Shown here: piece after piece, positions 30,717-39,958 of the stretch
Position numbering within the stretch: the stretch's first letter is position 1
Layout of the letters: each line of letters opens with the position of its first letter
Origin: Promethearchaeota archaeon Loki_b32
GTDB lineage: Archaea > Asgardarchaeota > Lokiarchaeia > Sigyniarchaeales > SOKP01
Assembly (NCBI GenBank): GCA_005223125.1
Contig: NJBH01000003.1
Location: forward strand, 128,001 to 192,000
DNA: 64,000 nt
Direction: 5' to 3'
Translations under genes and position numbers: made by a program
Notes under the pieces: model-generated
The model's input: the letters and a program-made list of their open reading frames with translations, nothing else
Databases searched by the model: none
Told to the model about the DNA's origin: nothing

Positions 30717-32429
30717 ATGTCATATAAAGATAGGTTTTGGAAGTCAAACTGGGACTCACATATTAAGGATTTGGATCCTAGAGAGTTCAATACTTCTTTT
30801 AACGAAACAATAAGAAGAACTTTTGAGGAACTTCCTGAAAAATTAGCTATTGCTTTTTATGGAACAGAAATTTCATACGGAGAATTGGATAAGCTATCTA
30901 ATGAATTTGCTCATATGCTTATTGAAAATGGAATGAAAAAAGGGGATGTTCTAGGAATAAATGTTGCTAATATTCCTGAATATGTAATTGGAATTTTGGG
31001 AGCAATGAAGGCAGGAGTAATTGTTTCTGGGGTTTCACCTCTTCTCTCAGCTGTTCAGATACAATATCAATTAAATGATTTAGGATCTGGTGGAAAACAA
31101 GTTGCACTTCTCACTTTAGATGCAATATTTGCAGGTCATATTACTAAAATTTATACAAAACTTCCTTCGTTAAAATTAGTCATAACCACAAGTGTGGGTG
31201 GTTTTATGCCAAAAATGTTAGCCAAGCTAGGAAAATTAGTAGGGAAAATCCCAAAAGGAAAAGTAACTCCATTAGAAGGAAAAACTGTCCTTGAATATCA
31301 TAAAGTCGTTAAAGGAAAATATTCTGATGAACTACCTGATGTTAAAATAAGTCCAGATGATATTATATTTATTCAATATACAGGTGGAACAACTGGTCCT
31401 CCAAAAGGGGCAAGGTTGAGTCACAGAAATTTCGTTGCAGATATTAAAATATTCCAACACTGGCTTAGTTGGGAATTTGGAACGGGTTTTGGATTATCAG
31501 GATTTCCATTTTTCCATATAGCAGGCGTATTTACTTGTGCGAATGTGATAATGTTAGGTTGGAGTCAGGTTCTAATCCCAAATCCAAGAGATACTGACCA
31601 TATTATAAAAGAAATGTTAAAATACAGACCCAATGTCTTAGCAAACGTGCCTACATTGTATCAAATGATAATAAAGAATCCTAAATTCAAGAAAATCGAT
31701 AAAGATATGATTAAGTATGCCGTATCTGCCGCTGCTCCTTTTCCAAAAGAATCACAGGAAATATTTGAAGGTGTTATAGGTAAAGGAAAAATAATAGAGT
31801 TATATGGGATGACTGAAACTTCACCATTAACAATAGGTAATCCTTCAAGAGGAACAAAGAAGTTAGGACATGTTGGTTTACCCTTCCCAAATGTAGAATT
31901 TAAATTATTAGATCCTGATACTGGTAAAGAAGTACCTTTAGGGGAACCTGGAGAAATCTGCATTAAAGGCCCAATGGTTATGGAAGGTTATCATAATAAA
32001 CCAGAAGAAACGAAAAAAGCTATTGATTCTGATGGGTTCATGCATTCTGGAGATGTTGGAATAATGGATGAAGAAGGCTATGTAAGAATCGCCGATCGAA
32101 CTAAAGATATGATTATCGTTGGAGGTTTTAAAGTATTCTCTGCAAAATTAGAAGATACTTTAACCAAGCATCCAGCTATTGAGATGATAGCCACTATCGG
32201 CGTCCCTAACCCAGATAGACCCGGCTCGGAAATTGTAAAAGCTTTTATCCAAATAGCTCCAGATTATGAATTCGATGGAGACAAGGAAGCATTAAAAGAA
32301 AATATAACGGCATTTGCTAAAGAAAAGTGTTCACCTTACGAAGTACCAAAAATAATTGAATTTACAGAAGAATTGCCACTTACAGTAGTTGGCAAGGTAG
32401 ATAAGAAAGTTTTACGAAAGAGTGAGTAG
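30717..32429 (+). CDS. Acyl-CoA synthetase (AMP-forming)
   Basis: QYTGGTTGPPKG, YGMTETSP, SGD, DRTKDMI. Confidence 0.9.
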   Translation: MSYKDRFWKSNWDSHIKDLDPREFNTSFNETIRRTFEELPEKLAIAFYGTEISYGELDKLSNEFAHMLIENGMKKGDVLGINVANIPEYVIGILGAMKAGVIVSGVSPLLSAVQIQYQLNDLGSGGKQVALLTLDAIFAGHITKIYTKLPSLKLVITTSVGGFMPKMLAKLGKLVGKIPKGKVTPLEGKTVLEYHKVVKGKYSDELPDVKISPDDIIFIQYTGGTTGPPKGARLSHRNFVADIKIFQHWLSWEFGTGFGLSGFPFFHIAGVFTCANVIMLGWSQVLIPNPRDTDHIIKEMLKYRPNVLANVPTLYQMIIKNPKFKKIDKDMIKYAVSAAAPFPKESQEIFEGVIGKGKIIELYGMTETSPLTIGNPSRGTKKLGHVGLPFPNVEFKLLDPDTGKEVPLGEPGEICIKGPMVMEGYHNKPEETKKAIDSDGFMHSGDVGIMDEEGYVRIADRTKDMIIVGGFKVFSAKLEDTLTKHPAIEMIATIGVPNPDRPGSEIVKAFIQIAPDYEFDGDKEALKENITAFAKEKCSPYEVPKIIEFTEELPLTVVGKVDKKVLRKSE

Positions 32430-32643
32430 AATTAATTAAAATTTTATTTCAACTTAATTTTTTTATTTTTCTTATTTTTTATTTTCATTAATATAATGAT
32501 ATGTATTCTACAATAAATGTGTTTAGGATATTGTAATTAGGTTTGATGAAAGATTGGACTATTGAAATTTCAAATAGAATTTTATTTTCCCAATCCTATA
32601 AATAAATATATTTCTAATTTAATTATGATTTGAGGTTATAACC

Positions 32644-33105
32644 ATGAAAAAGATTTGGATAATTCATAACTCTATGCATGGAAATTCTGAGAAGATTTCA
32701 CAACAACTTGCTGAAGGTTTAAAAGATAGTTATGATGTAAGTGTAGATAGTATTAAAAACATATCACCTGAAGATATAGCTAAAGATGAGCCTTATGGCT
32801 TGATCATTGCTGTTCGAATCGTCGCTTTTGGGTCAGATAAAGAGATTCGAAAGTTTACCAATAATTTAGATAAAGCCATAACTAAACCAATTTCGAAAGT
32901 CGCCTATTTTTCTACCCATGCATTGGGTTGGAAAAAATTCTTTATAAAGGGAATGAAAAAGACTCTTGAGAAAATTGGATGTGTTGAAGAAGTCTGTCCT
33001 GAATATCTTGAAGTAAAAATGCAGGGGCCTGAAGGACCAGCTGTAGAAGGGGCCGATGCGAAAATTGAAAATTTTATTTCTACATTAAAGGAATTTATGA
33101 AATAA
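32644..33105 (+). CDS. Flavodoxin-like protein
   Basis: IIHNSMHGNSEKI phosphate-loop-like motif, VAYFST. Confidence 0.7.
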   Translation: MKKIWIIHNSMHGNSEKISQQLAEGLKDSYDVSVDSIKNISPEDIAKDEPYGLIIAVRIVAFGSDKEIRKFTNNLDKAITKPISKVAYFSTHALGWKKFFIKGMKKTLEKIGCVEEVCPEYLEVKMQGPEGPAVEGADAKIENFISTLKEFMK

Positions 33106-33148
33106 AATAACTAACAATAGTTTTATGAGTTTTATAATTAAAATTTTT

Positions 33149-33397
33149 TTAATTCCTACTTTTTAAAATTTTCTCATGTAAAATCTGAAAATCTTTTTCA
33201 GGTATTTTATTTCTTAAATCCTCTCTTAAAACAATTTTAATTGCATCATTAGAACACTTAGAAACACATACGCCACATCCTATACACCAGTTATTATCAA
33301 TTTGAGCAATTTCATTTTCTAAGTTTACCGCATCTACTGGACATATTTCAATACAATTACCACAACCTACACACTTATCATTTAATGTCTCACATAT
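33149..33397 (-). pseudogene. C-terminal 2x[4Fe-4S] remnant of an Fe-S binding protein, no start codon
   Basis: ICETLNDKCVGCGNCIEICP...CIGCGVCVSKCS...KSRN*, abutting the 29-bp repeat. Confidence 0.85.
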
Positions 33398-33422
33398 TAA
33401 ATCGTTTCGGTTTTGTTTTTAA
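33394..33422. repeat. 29-bp direct repeat, left copy
   Basis: ATATTAAATCGTTTCGGTTTTGTTTTTAA, identical to 34306-34334. Confidence 0.95.
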
Positions 33423-33545
33423 ATTAATAAAAAGAGAAAGAAAAAGTATAGAAAATTTAAAAGTATAAATAGAAGAATTGGATTAGTATAACTTAATACA
33501 ACTTTATTTAAAGTCCAAAGAAAATTTCATTTGAGAGTGATTGAC

Positions 33546-34226
33546 ATGAAAAAGTTAATGAAAATAACTCTATTTTTATTTTGCACTACTTTATTCTTAT
33601 TTCCCTTTATATTTAGTGCTACATGTACCACTACACAAGGGGATACAACATTTGGTGTAGATGAGGGAGAAACTCTTGTATGGACAGCTACTAGCGGGTC
33701 ACCTGAATTTGTTGGAAATAAGTATAATATAACTATTGAGGACATTTATAATGGAACCTACATGACAGTAGATTCATACTTAATAGATGTTACTATGAGT
33801 GAATACAATAAAACTGCAGATAAATGGTCCATTTGGATTAATGATGACTTTTTTGTCGCAGCTAACGAAACTCAGAATTTCATTGAATATACAGGTACTC
33901 TTTCTGGGGCACCATTATGGTTTATAATCCCTACTCCAATAAATTTAACCATGCTTGGTGAATACCTTGTATCCACAGGATCTTATACAGATTATACTGT
34001 TAGTGGAAACAGAATTGAAATCATGGGTTTTGGAACTTATAAATTAACTTATAATTCAGATGGTATATTGACAAAACATGTAACTGAATTCGTTGGAGTA
34101 GTTATCTTAGTAATGGTATTAGGTGGAGGAGGTAAAGATGCGATACCATATGGTTATTCTTTCCTGATTTTCACCGTAATTGGAACGATGGCACTAATAT
34201 ATCTGGAAAAAAGAAAAACTAAATAA
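33546..34226 (+). CDS. Secreted/cell-surface protein with signal peptide and C-terminal TM anchor
   Basis: MKKLMK plus hydrophobic leader, FGVDEGE, Gly linker then IPYGY-TM-KRKTK tail, SD GAGAGTGA. Confidence 0.8.
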   Translation: MKKLMKITLFLFCTTLFLFPFIFSATCTTTQGDTTFGVDEGETLVWTATSGSPEFVGNKYNITIEDIYNGTYMTVDSYLIDVTMSEYNKTADKWSIWINDDFFVAANETQNFIEYTGTLSGAPLWFIIPTPINLTMLGEYLVSTGSYTDYTVSGNRIEIMGFGTYKLTYNSDGILTKHVTEFVGVVILVMVLGGGGKDAIPYGYSFLIFTVIGTMALIYLEKRKTK

Positions 34227-34305
34227 TTGAGTAAATACTAATTTTTTATCTTTTTATTTCTTTTATTAGACTTCTGAAAGAATAACACCCAGATTTATTT
34301 TTTTT

Positions 34306-34334
34306 ATATTAAATCGTTTCGGTTTTGTTTTTAA
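34306..34334. repeat. 29-bp direct repeat, right copy
   Basis: Identical to 33394-33422. Confidence 0.95.
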
Positions 34335-34452
34335 CTTCTTCCTCGGAGAAGTTTGATTTCAATATTATAAGTAAATCTTCTCTAGGTGGACACATCATCC
34401 CCATTGAGGATAAATGGTCCATAAATTGTTTGTAGATATCTTGTGTCATCAT
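34309..34452 (-). pseudogene. N-terminal remnant of an Fe-S binding protein gene
   Basis: MMTQDIYKQFMDHLSSMGMMCPPREDLLIILKSNFSEEEV runs into the repeat and stops. Confidence 0.6.
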
Positions 34453-34557
34453 GGGAATTGATTAATTTTATTATATTTATGTGAATGGAGCGATAAGTGC
34501 ATAATTGTTCTTGTCTGTTCTTTGGTTACAATCTTTTGGTTGAATCTATATTTTCAA

Positions 34558-34938
34558 TTATACCTTCCCATTCAATCTCATCGCAAAAGTTTTAAGAAAA
34601 TATAAAGCTTTGGGTGGATCTGCTCGAGGCATGGCATATGATACAAGTACGCCTCCTTGAAAAGGAGCGAATATTACATGTCCCAACCCACTCTCGTTGG
34701 TGCCAACAATTCCTTCAGTAGTAGTTTCAACAACCGAAAATTCTAAATCGTTTAAAACAAATGAGCAGTCTCCTTTAATGACATTCAATATAATGTTCGT
34801 TTGATTGGTTAGATCCCAATTGTCTGTCTGGAAAACCATATTTCCCGAATCAGACACAACTGCGATGCCAGCAATTTTTATGTTAGTCTCTAGCGCAACA
34901 ATTCCCAATTCGTCAATAATCTTTTTTATTTCATCCAT
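34558..34938 (-). CDS. Asgard profilin-like protein
   Basis: GIAVV...G..VFQTDNWD...VE.T.E.IVGTN..G.GH....P...G.LVSY..P.A.P, the pattern of Loki profilins. Confidence 0.8.
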   Translation of the reverse strand: MDEIKKIIDELGIVALETNIKIAGIAVVSDSGNMVFQTDNWDLTNQTNIILNVIKGDCSFVLNDLEFSVVETTTEGIVGTNESGLGHVIFAPFQGGVLVSYAMPRADPPKALYFLKTFAMRLNGKV

Positions 34939-35050
34939 ATTAAGTATTCATAAGGTTTATTGTTTTTAGATATTATTTTTACTTTTTACTCTTAAATTTT
35001 TCTTATTTTGCTCTTTTTTTGTTATTCAACTTTCATCGAAAAATTGCTTC

Positions 35051-35512
35051 TTAACTTAATTTTACGATTTCTATCTTTGAGTATTTCAACAAATCTGCTT
35101 TTACGATATTTTCCATATTATAACCTTCTTTATAGATTAATCGCTTAATTTTTGCGTTGATAATTAGTTTTAAACAGCTCATACAAGGAAATGTTGTAGT
35201 ATAAAGAGAAGTATTACCTTCAATTGTCGTTCCATGGAGTGCTACTTGAATAATACAATTAATTTCAGCATGAACACCCCTACACAATTCTGGTTTTTCA
35301 CCAGGATTAAGATGTTTCCGAACACATGTATCTGGAGTACAATGTGGTAATCCTGTTGGGGCACCATTATACCCTGTTGACAAAATATGGTTATCTTTAA
35401 CAAGTACAGCTCCAACATTCCTACTTATACAAGTTGATCTCATTGAGATCACTTCAGCTATCTTCATAAAATAGTTATCTTTTGAAATTCTTTGATTAGT
35501 GGACGTATTCAT
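35051..35512 (-). CDS. dCMP deaminase family protein
   Basis: RSTC...VGAVLV, TGYNGAP, HAE, PCMSC. Confidence 0.9.
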   Translation of the reverse strand: MNTSTNQRISKDNYFMKIAEVISMRSTCISRNVGAVLVKDNHILSTGYNGAPTGLPHCTPDTCVRKHLNPGEKPELCRGVHAEINCIIQVALHGTTIEGNTSLYTTTFPCMSCLKLIINAKIKRLIYKEGYNMENIVKADLLKYSKIEIVKLS

Positions 35513-35549
35513 TTCTTATATTCACTCTAAACATAATTTTAAAAAAATT

Positions 35550-36332
35550 TTATTGCTTATTTTTATTAATTTTTTCTTCAACAATAGAAACTACTTTTGG
35601 AAGTACGTCTCCAATTTTATCATGAATAACGACTTCAGCTGCTGAATCCATATCAGTCTCCTGAATATTTATAATAGCTAATTTTGCGCCAATTGATAAT
35701 ACTTTTTGAGGATAGAACGCAACAGGGTAAACCACAAGGGAAGATCCAAGGACAAGAAATAAATCGCACTTAGCAATCATTTGATCTGCGGCTTCGAGTG
35801 TTGTAGACTCAAGTGGTTCCCCGAAAAATATAGCGTTTGGTTTTAGCATTCCTCTACATTTTTCACAAGATGGCGAATAATTCCCTTTCATAACTTGATT
35901 AACCATAAATGTTATTTCATAAATTTGGCCACAAGTCATACATTTTGCTTCATAAGCATTTCCATGAAATTCTACGATGTTTTTAGTCTTTGCTTTATGA
36001 TGTAATCTATCAATATTTTGAGTAAGAACTCCTTTTAATTTGCCAAGTCTTTGAAGTTTAGTCAAGGCTTTATGACCTTTGTTTGGTCGTGCTTTAAAAA
36101 TTGCCTTTCCTGTTTCTAACATAAATTCCAAATTTTTAGCAGGATTTCCTACGTACGAATGAATCGAGGCAAATTCATAAGGATCTACCTTTTCCCACAA
36201 TCCTACACCTGGTGAACGAAAATCTGAGATTCCACTTTCTGTACTCATGCCAGCTCCTGTTAATGCTACTATATTGTTAGAGTCAACGATTAATTCCGCT
36301 AATTTTTCAACTTTTTCTTCTAATGACTCCAT
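35550..36332 (-). CDS. cobB: NAD-dependent deacylase (sirtuin)
   Basis: TGAGMSTESGISDFRS, TQNID.LH, HG, two CxxC, GSSLVVYP. Confidence 0.93.
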   Translation of the reverse strand: MESLEEKVEKLAELIVDSNNIVALTGAGMSTESGISDFRSPGVGLWEKVDPYEFASIHSYVGNPAKNLEFMLETGKAIFKARPNKGHKALTKLQRLGKLKGVLTQNIDRLHHKAKTKNIVEFHGNAYEAKCMTCGQIYEITFMVNQVMKGNYSPSCEKCRGMLKPNAIFFGEPLESTTLEAADQMIAKCDLFLVLGSSLVVYPVAFYPQKVLSIGAKLAIINIQETDMDSAAEVVIHDKIGDVLPKVVSIVEEKINKNKQ

Positions 36333-36424
36333 TTTGTAATATTTCTGATTTTATTAATAAAATATTTTATTGTCTTATGATTTTATTGTATTAATGCTTA
36401 CAGAAGAATTTAAACAAATTAAAT
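36298..36424. repeat. Diverged direct repeat of the sirtuin/hydratase divergent promoter region (copy 1)
   Basis: Aligns with 38063-38219 apart from a ~30-bp indel. Contains hydratase stub MLTEEFKQIK at 36394. Confidence 0.85.
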
Positions 36425-36483
36425 CGATGCGAATTCATACGGATCTACTTTTTCCCATAAGCTTGTTCTTGGAGTTCGAAAAT
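36422..36483 (-). pseudogene. Internal fragment of a second sirtuin copy (codons ~37-57)
   Basis: FRTPRTSLWEKVDPYEFASI versus FRSPGVGLWEKVDPYEFASI at 36162-36223. Confidence 0.85.
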
Positions 36484-36736
36484 TTTTATACACAATAGAA
36501 AATATTTATGAATTCTTTTAACTGTTTTCTAATATATGAGTCTATCTTTTATCTCTTTACCCTTTTTATTCAAAAGTTTCAAAAATAAGTGGTGCTTCCT
36601 CCTTAAACTATTAATGAAATCTACCAAATCATCATTTTTGATTTTCATCAACTGCTTGTAAACTCTACTACATAATAGGTTTTTAAAAACTCCATAACCG
36701 ATATTATTTAAATATACAGTTAATTATATTAAAAAT

Positions 36737-38002
36737 GTGAAGGAATTTAAAATAAATGATTACTTGACACTAAGACTTCAAGACTATAGAACATTTATTT
36801 ATATAGCTGGAAAAAAGTTTAGACAATGTAAGTTCTTACTTCTTAATATTCCCGCAGACGAGATAAAGTTATTGGATGAGGTTCAATCTATTGACGAGGC
36901 TACTGAAAGGTTAAATAATTCTTTAGAGAGAGATGATCAGACTAAAATTACTATTGACTCAAAAACGGAGTTTTGGGCACATTGTTCTAACTTACAAGTA
37001 TGGTATGAACATAATTATGACACACGGTTGCTCCATAGCAATTTAGCATTCCCCTTACTGCACGCTCTTACTAAAGCTGGTGATCCGATTGCGAAAAAAG
37101 TCTTTAAAGAAGAAATTGCAAAGCGTATTAGCTCAGGTAATGAAAAAATAATAGAGTTCTTGGTGAATGAGCGCTATATCGACTTTCTGGAAAGGGAACA
37201 ATATTTGATGTCATTATTAAATCCAGCCGAAGCAGAAATTTTAATTAAACTTGAAAAATTTACGGACCAACAATTTACACAAATTGGAAGGCGAAAATAT
37301 TTCGATAGTGGAGTGGAAGAATACATCTATCCTCAATTTATGGCAAGAAATAAATCTGTATCAGCATTACTGATTTATTGGTATAATAAACCTCCTAAAC
37401 CTCTCCCAGAATGGATATGCAATCTAAAAAACCTTGAAATCTTTCACTATTTCGGAGATAATATACCTTCACTACCAAAACATTTTAGTAAACTAAAAAA
37501 TTTAAAAGAATTGGCAGTAGATAGTGAGATTTTAGAGAAAATATCCAGCTCAATTACACAACTTCCTCACCTAGAAGAACTATATATAAAAAGCGGGCTT
37601 TTAAAGACAATTCCAGAAAATATTGGAGATTTAAAAAAATTGAAAATCTTTTCTGTTGGAAATATGCTAACTACTCTTCCCGAATCTATAACAAAATTGA
37701 AAGAACTTGAATATCTTTATATAAATCATAATCGGTTATGTCAGTTACCAGAATCTCTTTATTCTCTTAAAAGCCTAAAAGAATTAAACATAAAGAATAA
37801 TTCTATTGAAGAAATATCAGAATCGATCAGTGAACTAAAAAACCTTGAAGTATTTATTATAAAAAAAAATAAAATAAGAACCCTACCAGAGTCGTTGTTA
37901 CAACTTAAAAAACTAAGAATTTTATTTATTGATAACGAAATAATAGAAAAAAATAAAGATATTATAAAAAAATTAGAAACTAATGGTGTAATGATATCTT
38001 AA
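36737..38002 (+). CDS. Leucine-rich repeat protein, Loki-type N-terminal domain
   Basis: EFKINDYLTLRL...EFWAHCSNLQVW N-domain, then LPES+..LK.L..L LRRs. Confidence 0.9.
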   Translation: MKEFKINDYLTLRLQDYRTFIYIAGKKFRQCKFLLLNIPADEIKLLDEVQSIDEATERLNNSLERDDQTKITIDSKTEFWAHCSNLQVWYEHNYDTRLLHSNLAFPLLHALTKAGDPIAKKVFKEEIAKRISSGNEKIIEFLVNERYIDFLEREQYLMSLLNPAEAEILIKLEKFTDQQFTQIGRRKYFDSGVEEYIYPQFMARNKSVSALLIYWYNKPPKPLPEWICNLKNLEIFHYFGDNIPSLPKHFSKLKNLKELAVDSEILEKISSSITQLPHLEELYIKSGLLKTIPENIGDLKKLKIFSVGNMLTTLPESITKLKELEYLYINHNRLCQLPESLYSLKSLKELNIKNNSIEEISESISELKNLEVFIIKKNKIRTLPESLLQLKKLRILFIDNEIIEKNKDIIKKLETNGVMIS

Positions 38003-38062
38003 TTCTTTATAGGAATTATTGTCTTTTTCCTCCTAATAGCAGATCTAAGATGTCTCTCATAA

Positions 38063-38219
38063 GCTAATTGTTCAATTTTCTCTTCAAATGATTTCATATG
38101 TTAATATTTCTGATTTTATAAGTTAAAAAAGTATTACGATTATATTACCTTATAAAATATTTTATTGTTTTATGATTTTAATGTATTAATGCTTGTAGAA
38201 GAATTTAAACAAATAAAAT
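38063..38219. repeat. Diverged direct repeat (copy 2) with sirtuin N-terminal stub
   Basis: Minus-strand MKSFEEKIEQLA from 38097 versus MESLEEKVEKLA. Confidence 0.85.
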
Positions 38220-39010
38220 ATGAAAAAGAAGAAAACGGAATTTTAACGGTTACCCTAAATTGGCCCGAAAAAAAAAATGCTCTTTCACCATTAGGTCTTT
38301 TAGAGCTCTGGTATGCAGTTGAGCATGCCGATAAGGATAAACAAGTTAAAGTTATGATATTAACAGGGTGTGAGGAAGCAGGAGCTTTTTCTTCAGGAGG
38401 GTATTTTTCAGATGAAATATTGAAAGATATACCTGAAAAGTACAGGACAGAAGTTAATTTAAGAGACATGGCATCAAAAAAGTTGTGCCTTAAGTTTTGG
38501 GATTTTTCAAAACCTTTAATATCTGTGATTAACGGTTTTGCTGTGGGTGGTGGATTTACACTTCCTGTGATTTGCTCAGATTTGGTCTATATGGCTGAAG
38601 ACGCATGGTGGGCATTATATTTTGTAAAAAGAGCGGTTATGCCTGATTTTGCTACTACAGTTCTTTTACCTTTAATGATAGGTTTGAACAGAGCTAAAGA
38701 ACTGTTCTATTTTGGCGACCGGATGACTGCCCAAGAAGCAGAAAGATTAGGTCTCATTAATAAAGTATTGCCCAAAGAGAAATTAATGCCTTATGCGAGA
38801 AATCAAGCCTTAAGACTTATTCCCCCCAAGGGTCCATCACTTTCAATTAAATTAATGAAAAAAACCATGCATACATATTTCAGGGATATAATAGAAAAAC
38901 AACTAGATTTAGAAAATAAAATGTGGACCAAGGCAATTCGAAGTAAAGATTTTGGAGAATCTTTAAAAGCTTTAAAGGAAAAAAGGGATCCAACTTTTCT
39001 GGGAAGGTAA
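38189..39010 (+). CDS. Enoyl-CoA hydratase/isomerase
   Basis: PEKKNAL, AFSSGG, INGFAVGGG. Start ATG 38189 is supported by the duplicated stub. Confidence 0.88.
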   Translation: MLVEEFKQIKYEKEENGILTVTLNWPEKKNALSPLGLLELWYAVEHADKDKQVKVMILTGCEEAGAFSSGGYFSDEILKDIPEKYRTEVNLRDMASKKLCLKFWDFSKPLISVINGFAVGGGFTLPVICSDLVYMAEDAWWALYFVKRAVMPDFATTVLLPLMIGLNRAKELFYFGDRMTAQEAERLGLINKVLPKEKLMPYARNQALRLIPPKGPSLSIKLMKKTMHTYFRDIIEKQLDLENKMWTKAIRSKDFGESLKALKEKRDPTFLGR

Positions 39011-39305
39011 ATTCATATTTTTGAAAAAAATCAAAGGAATATTCGATAATTATTTTTTATTTAGGATTAAATTAGGTAGACTTTCGACTTTTTAATCTAA
39101 ACTATTCATATGTATAATGACCTTAAAAAGTGAATTTAAAAAAAAAATTAATAACGATTATTTTTATTTATTGAATATAATATATTATTATTAATATTAC
39201 TCAAACATGCAAAATTCACTGTTTTAAAAATATTAATTTATTTAAAATGATGGATAGAAACATGATTAAAATTAAGATAATTAACTAGAACGGTGAAATG
39301 GTAAA

Positions 39306-39854
39306 ATTTCTGCGACCAAATCGTTTATCTATAAGGTTGTAGTTGTAGGTGACGGTGGTGTAGGGAAAACATCTATGGTTCTCCGCTACTGTGAGAATAC
39401 CTTTAAAGAAAATTATATCATGACTATTGGCTCTAATTTTTCGACGAAACAGATTGAGCTGGAAGAGTATCCAAATTATTTGGTTAAGCTCCAGCTCTGG
39501 GATTTAGCGGGACAGAAACATTTTAGCTTTGTACGGCCACCATTTTACCGAGGAGCTACAGCAATCGTATACGTATTCGATCTCACACGAAGAAGTTCAT
39601 TTCAAAACATTTTAGACTGGAAAATTGAGGTAGAAAAAGTGATTGGCGATGGAAAGCCAACTGTGCTCGTCGGGAACAAAATTGACTTAGCAGAACAAGG
39701 TAACAGGGAAGTCGGGGAAGGTGATGGGGAGGCCCTAAAGGATGAGATAAACTCGATAGCTTATTATGAAACAAGTGCTAAGCAAGATATTAAAGTCGAG
39801 CCTGTCTTTAAGAATATTACAATGGCTATTTTAGAAAAGACTAAAAAGATTTAG
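39306..39854 (+). CDS. Rab-like small GTPase (Ras superfamily), probable ATT start
   Basis: G1 GDGGVGKTS lies upstream of the track's ATG. TIG, WDLAGQ, NKID, ETSAK present. In-frame TGA at 39294. Confidence 0.9.
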   Translation: MSATKSFIYKVVVVGDGGVGKTSMVLRYCENTFKENYIMTIGSNFSTKQIELEEYPNYLVKLQLWDLAGQKHFSFVRPPFYRGATAIVYVFDLTRRSSFQNILDWKIEVEKVIGDGKPTVLVGNKIDLAEQGNREVGEGDGEALKDEINSIAYYETSAKQDIKVEPVFKNITMAILEKTKKI

Positions 39855-39958
39855 CTTTTTATTTGTTATAAACAATAAATTAAAATTTTGGAAAATATTT
39901 GCAATAATTATCACATAAAATCATTAAAGTAATTAATTAAGATAATAAGGTAATATGT

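Larger units (their letters stand above)
33394..34334. mobile_element. 941-bp single-gene cassette bounded by 29-bp direct repeats
   Basis: Perfect direct repeats. Flanks are the two ends of a broken Fe-S protein gene. No recombinase inside. Confidence 0.55.

Noticed and set aside
33394-34334. 29-bp repeats as a CRISPR array or Xer/dif sites
   Set aside because: Only two copies 883 bp apart and no cas genes. Dyad symmetry and match to the 11-6-11 dif layout are weak.
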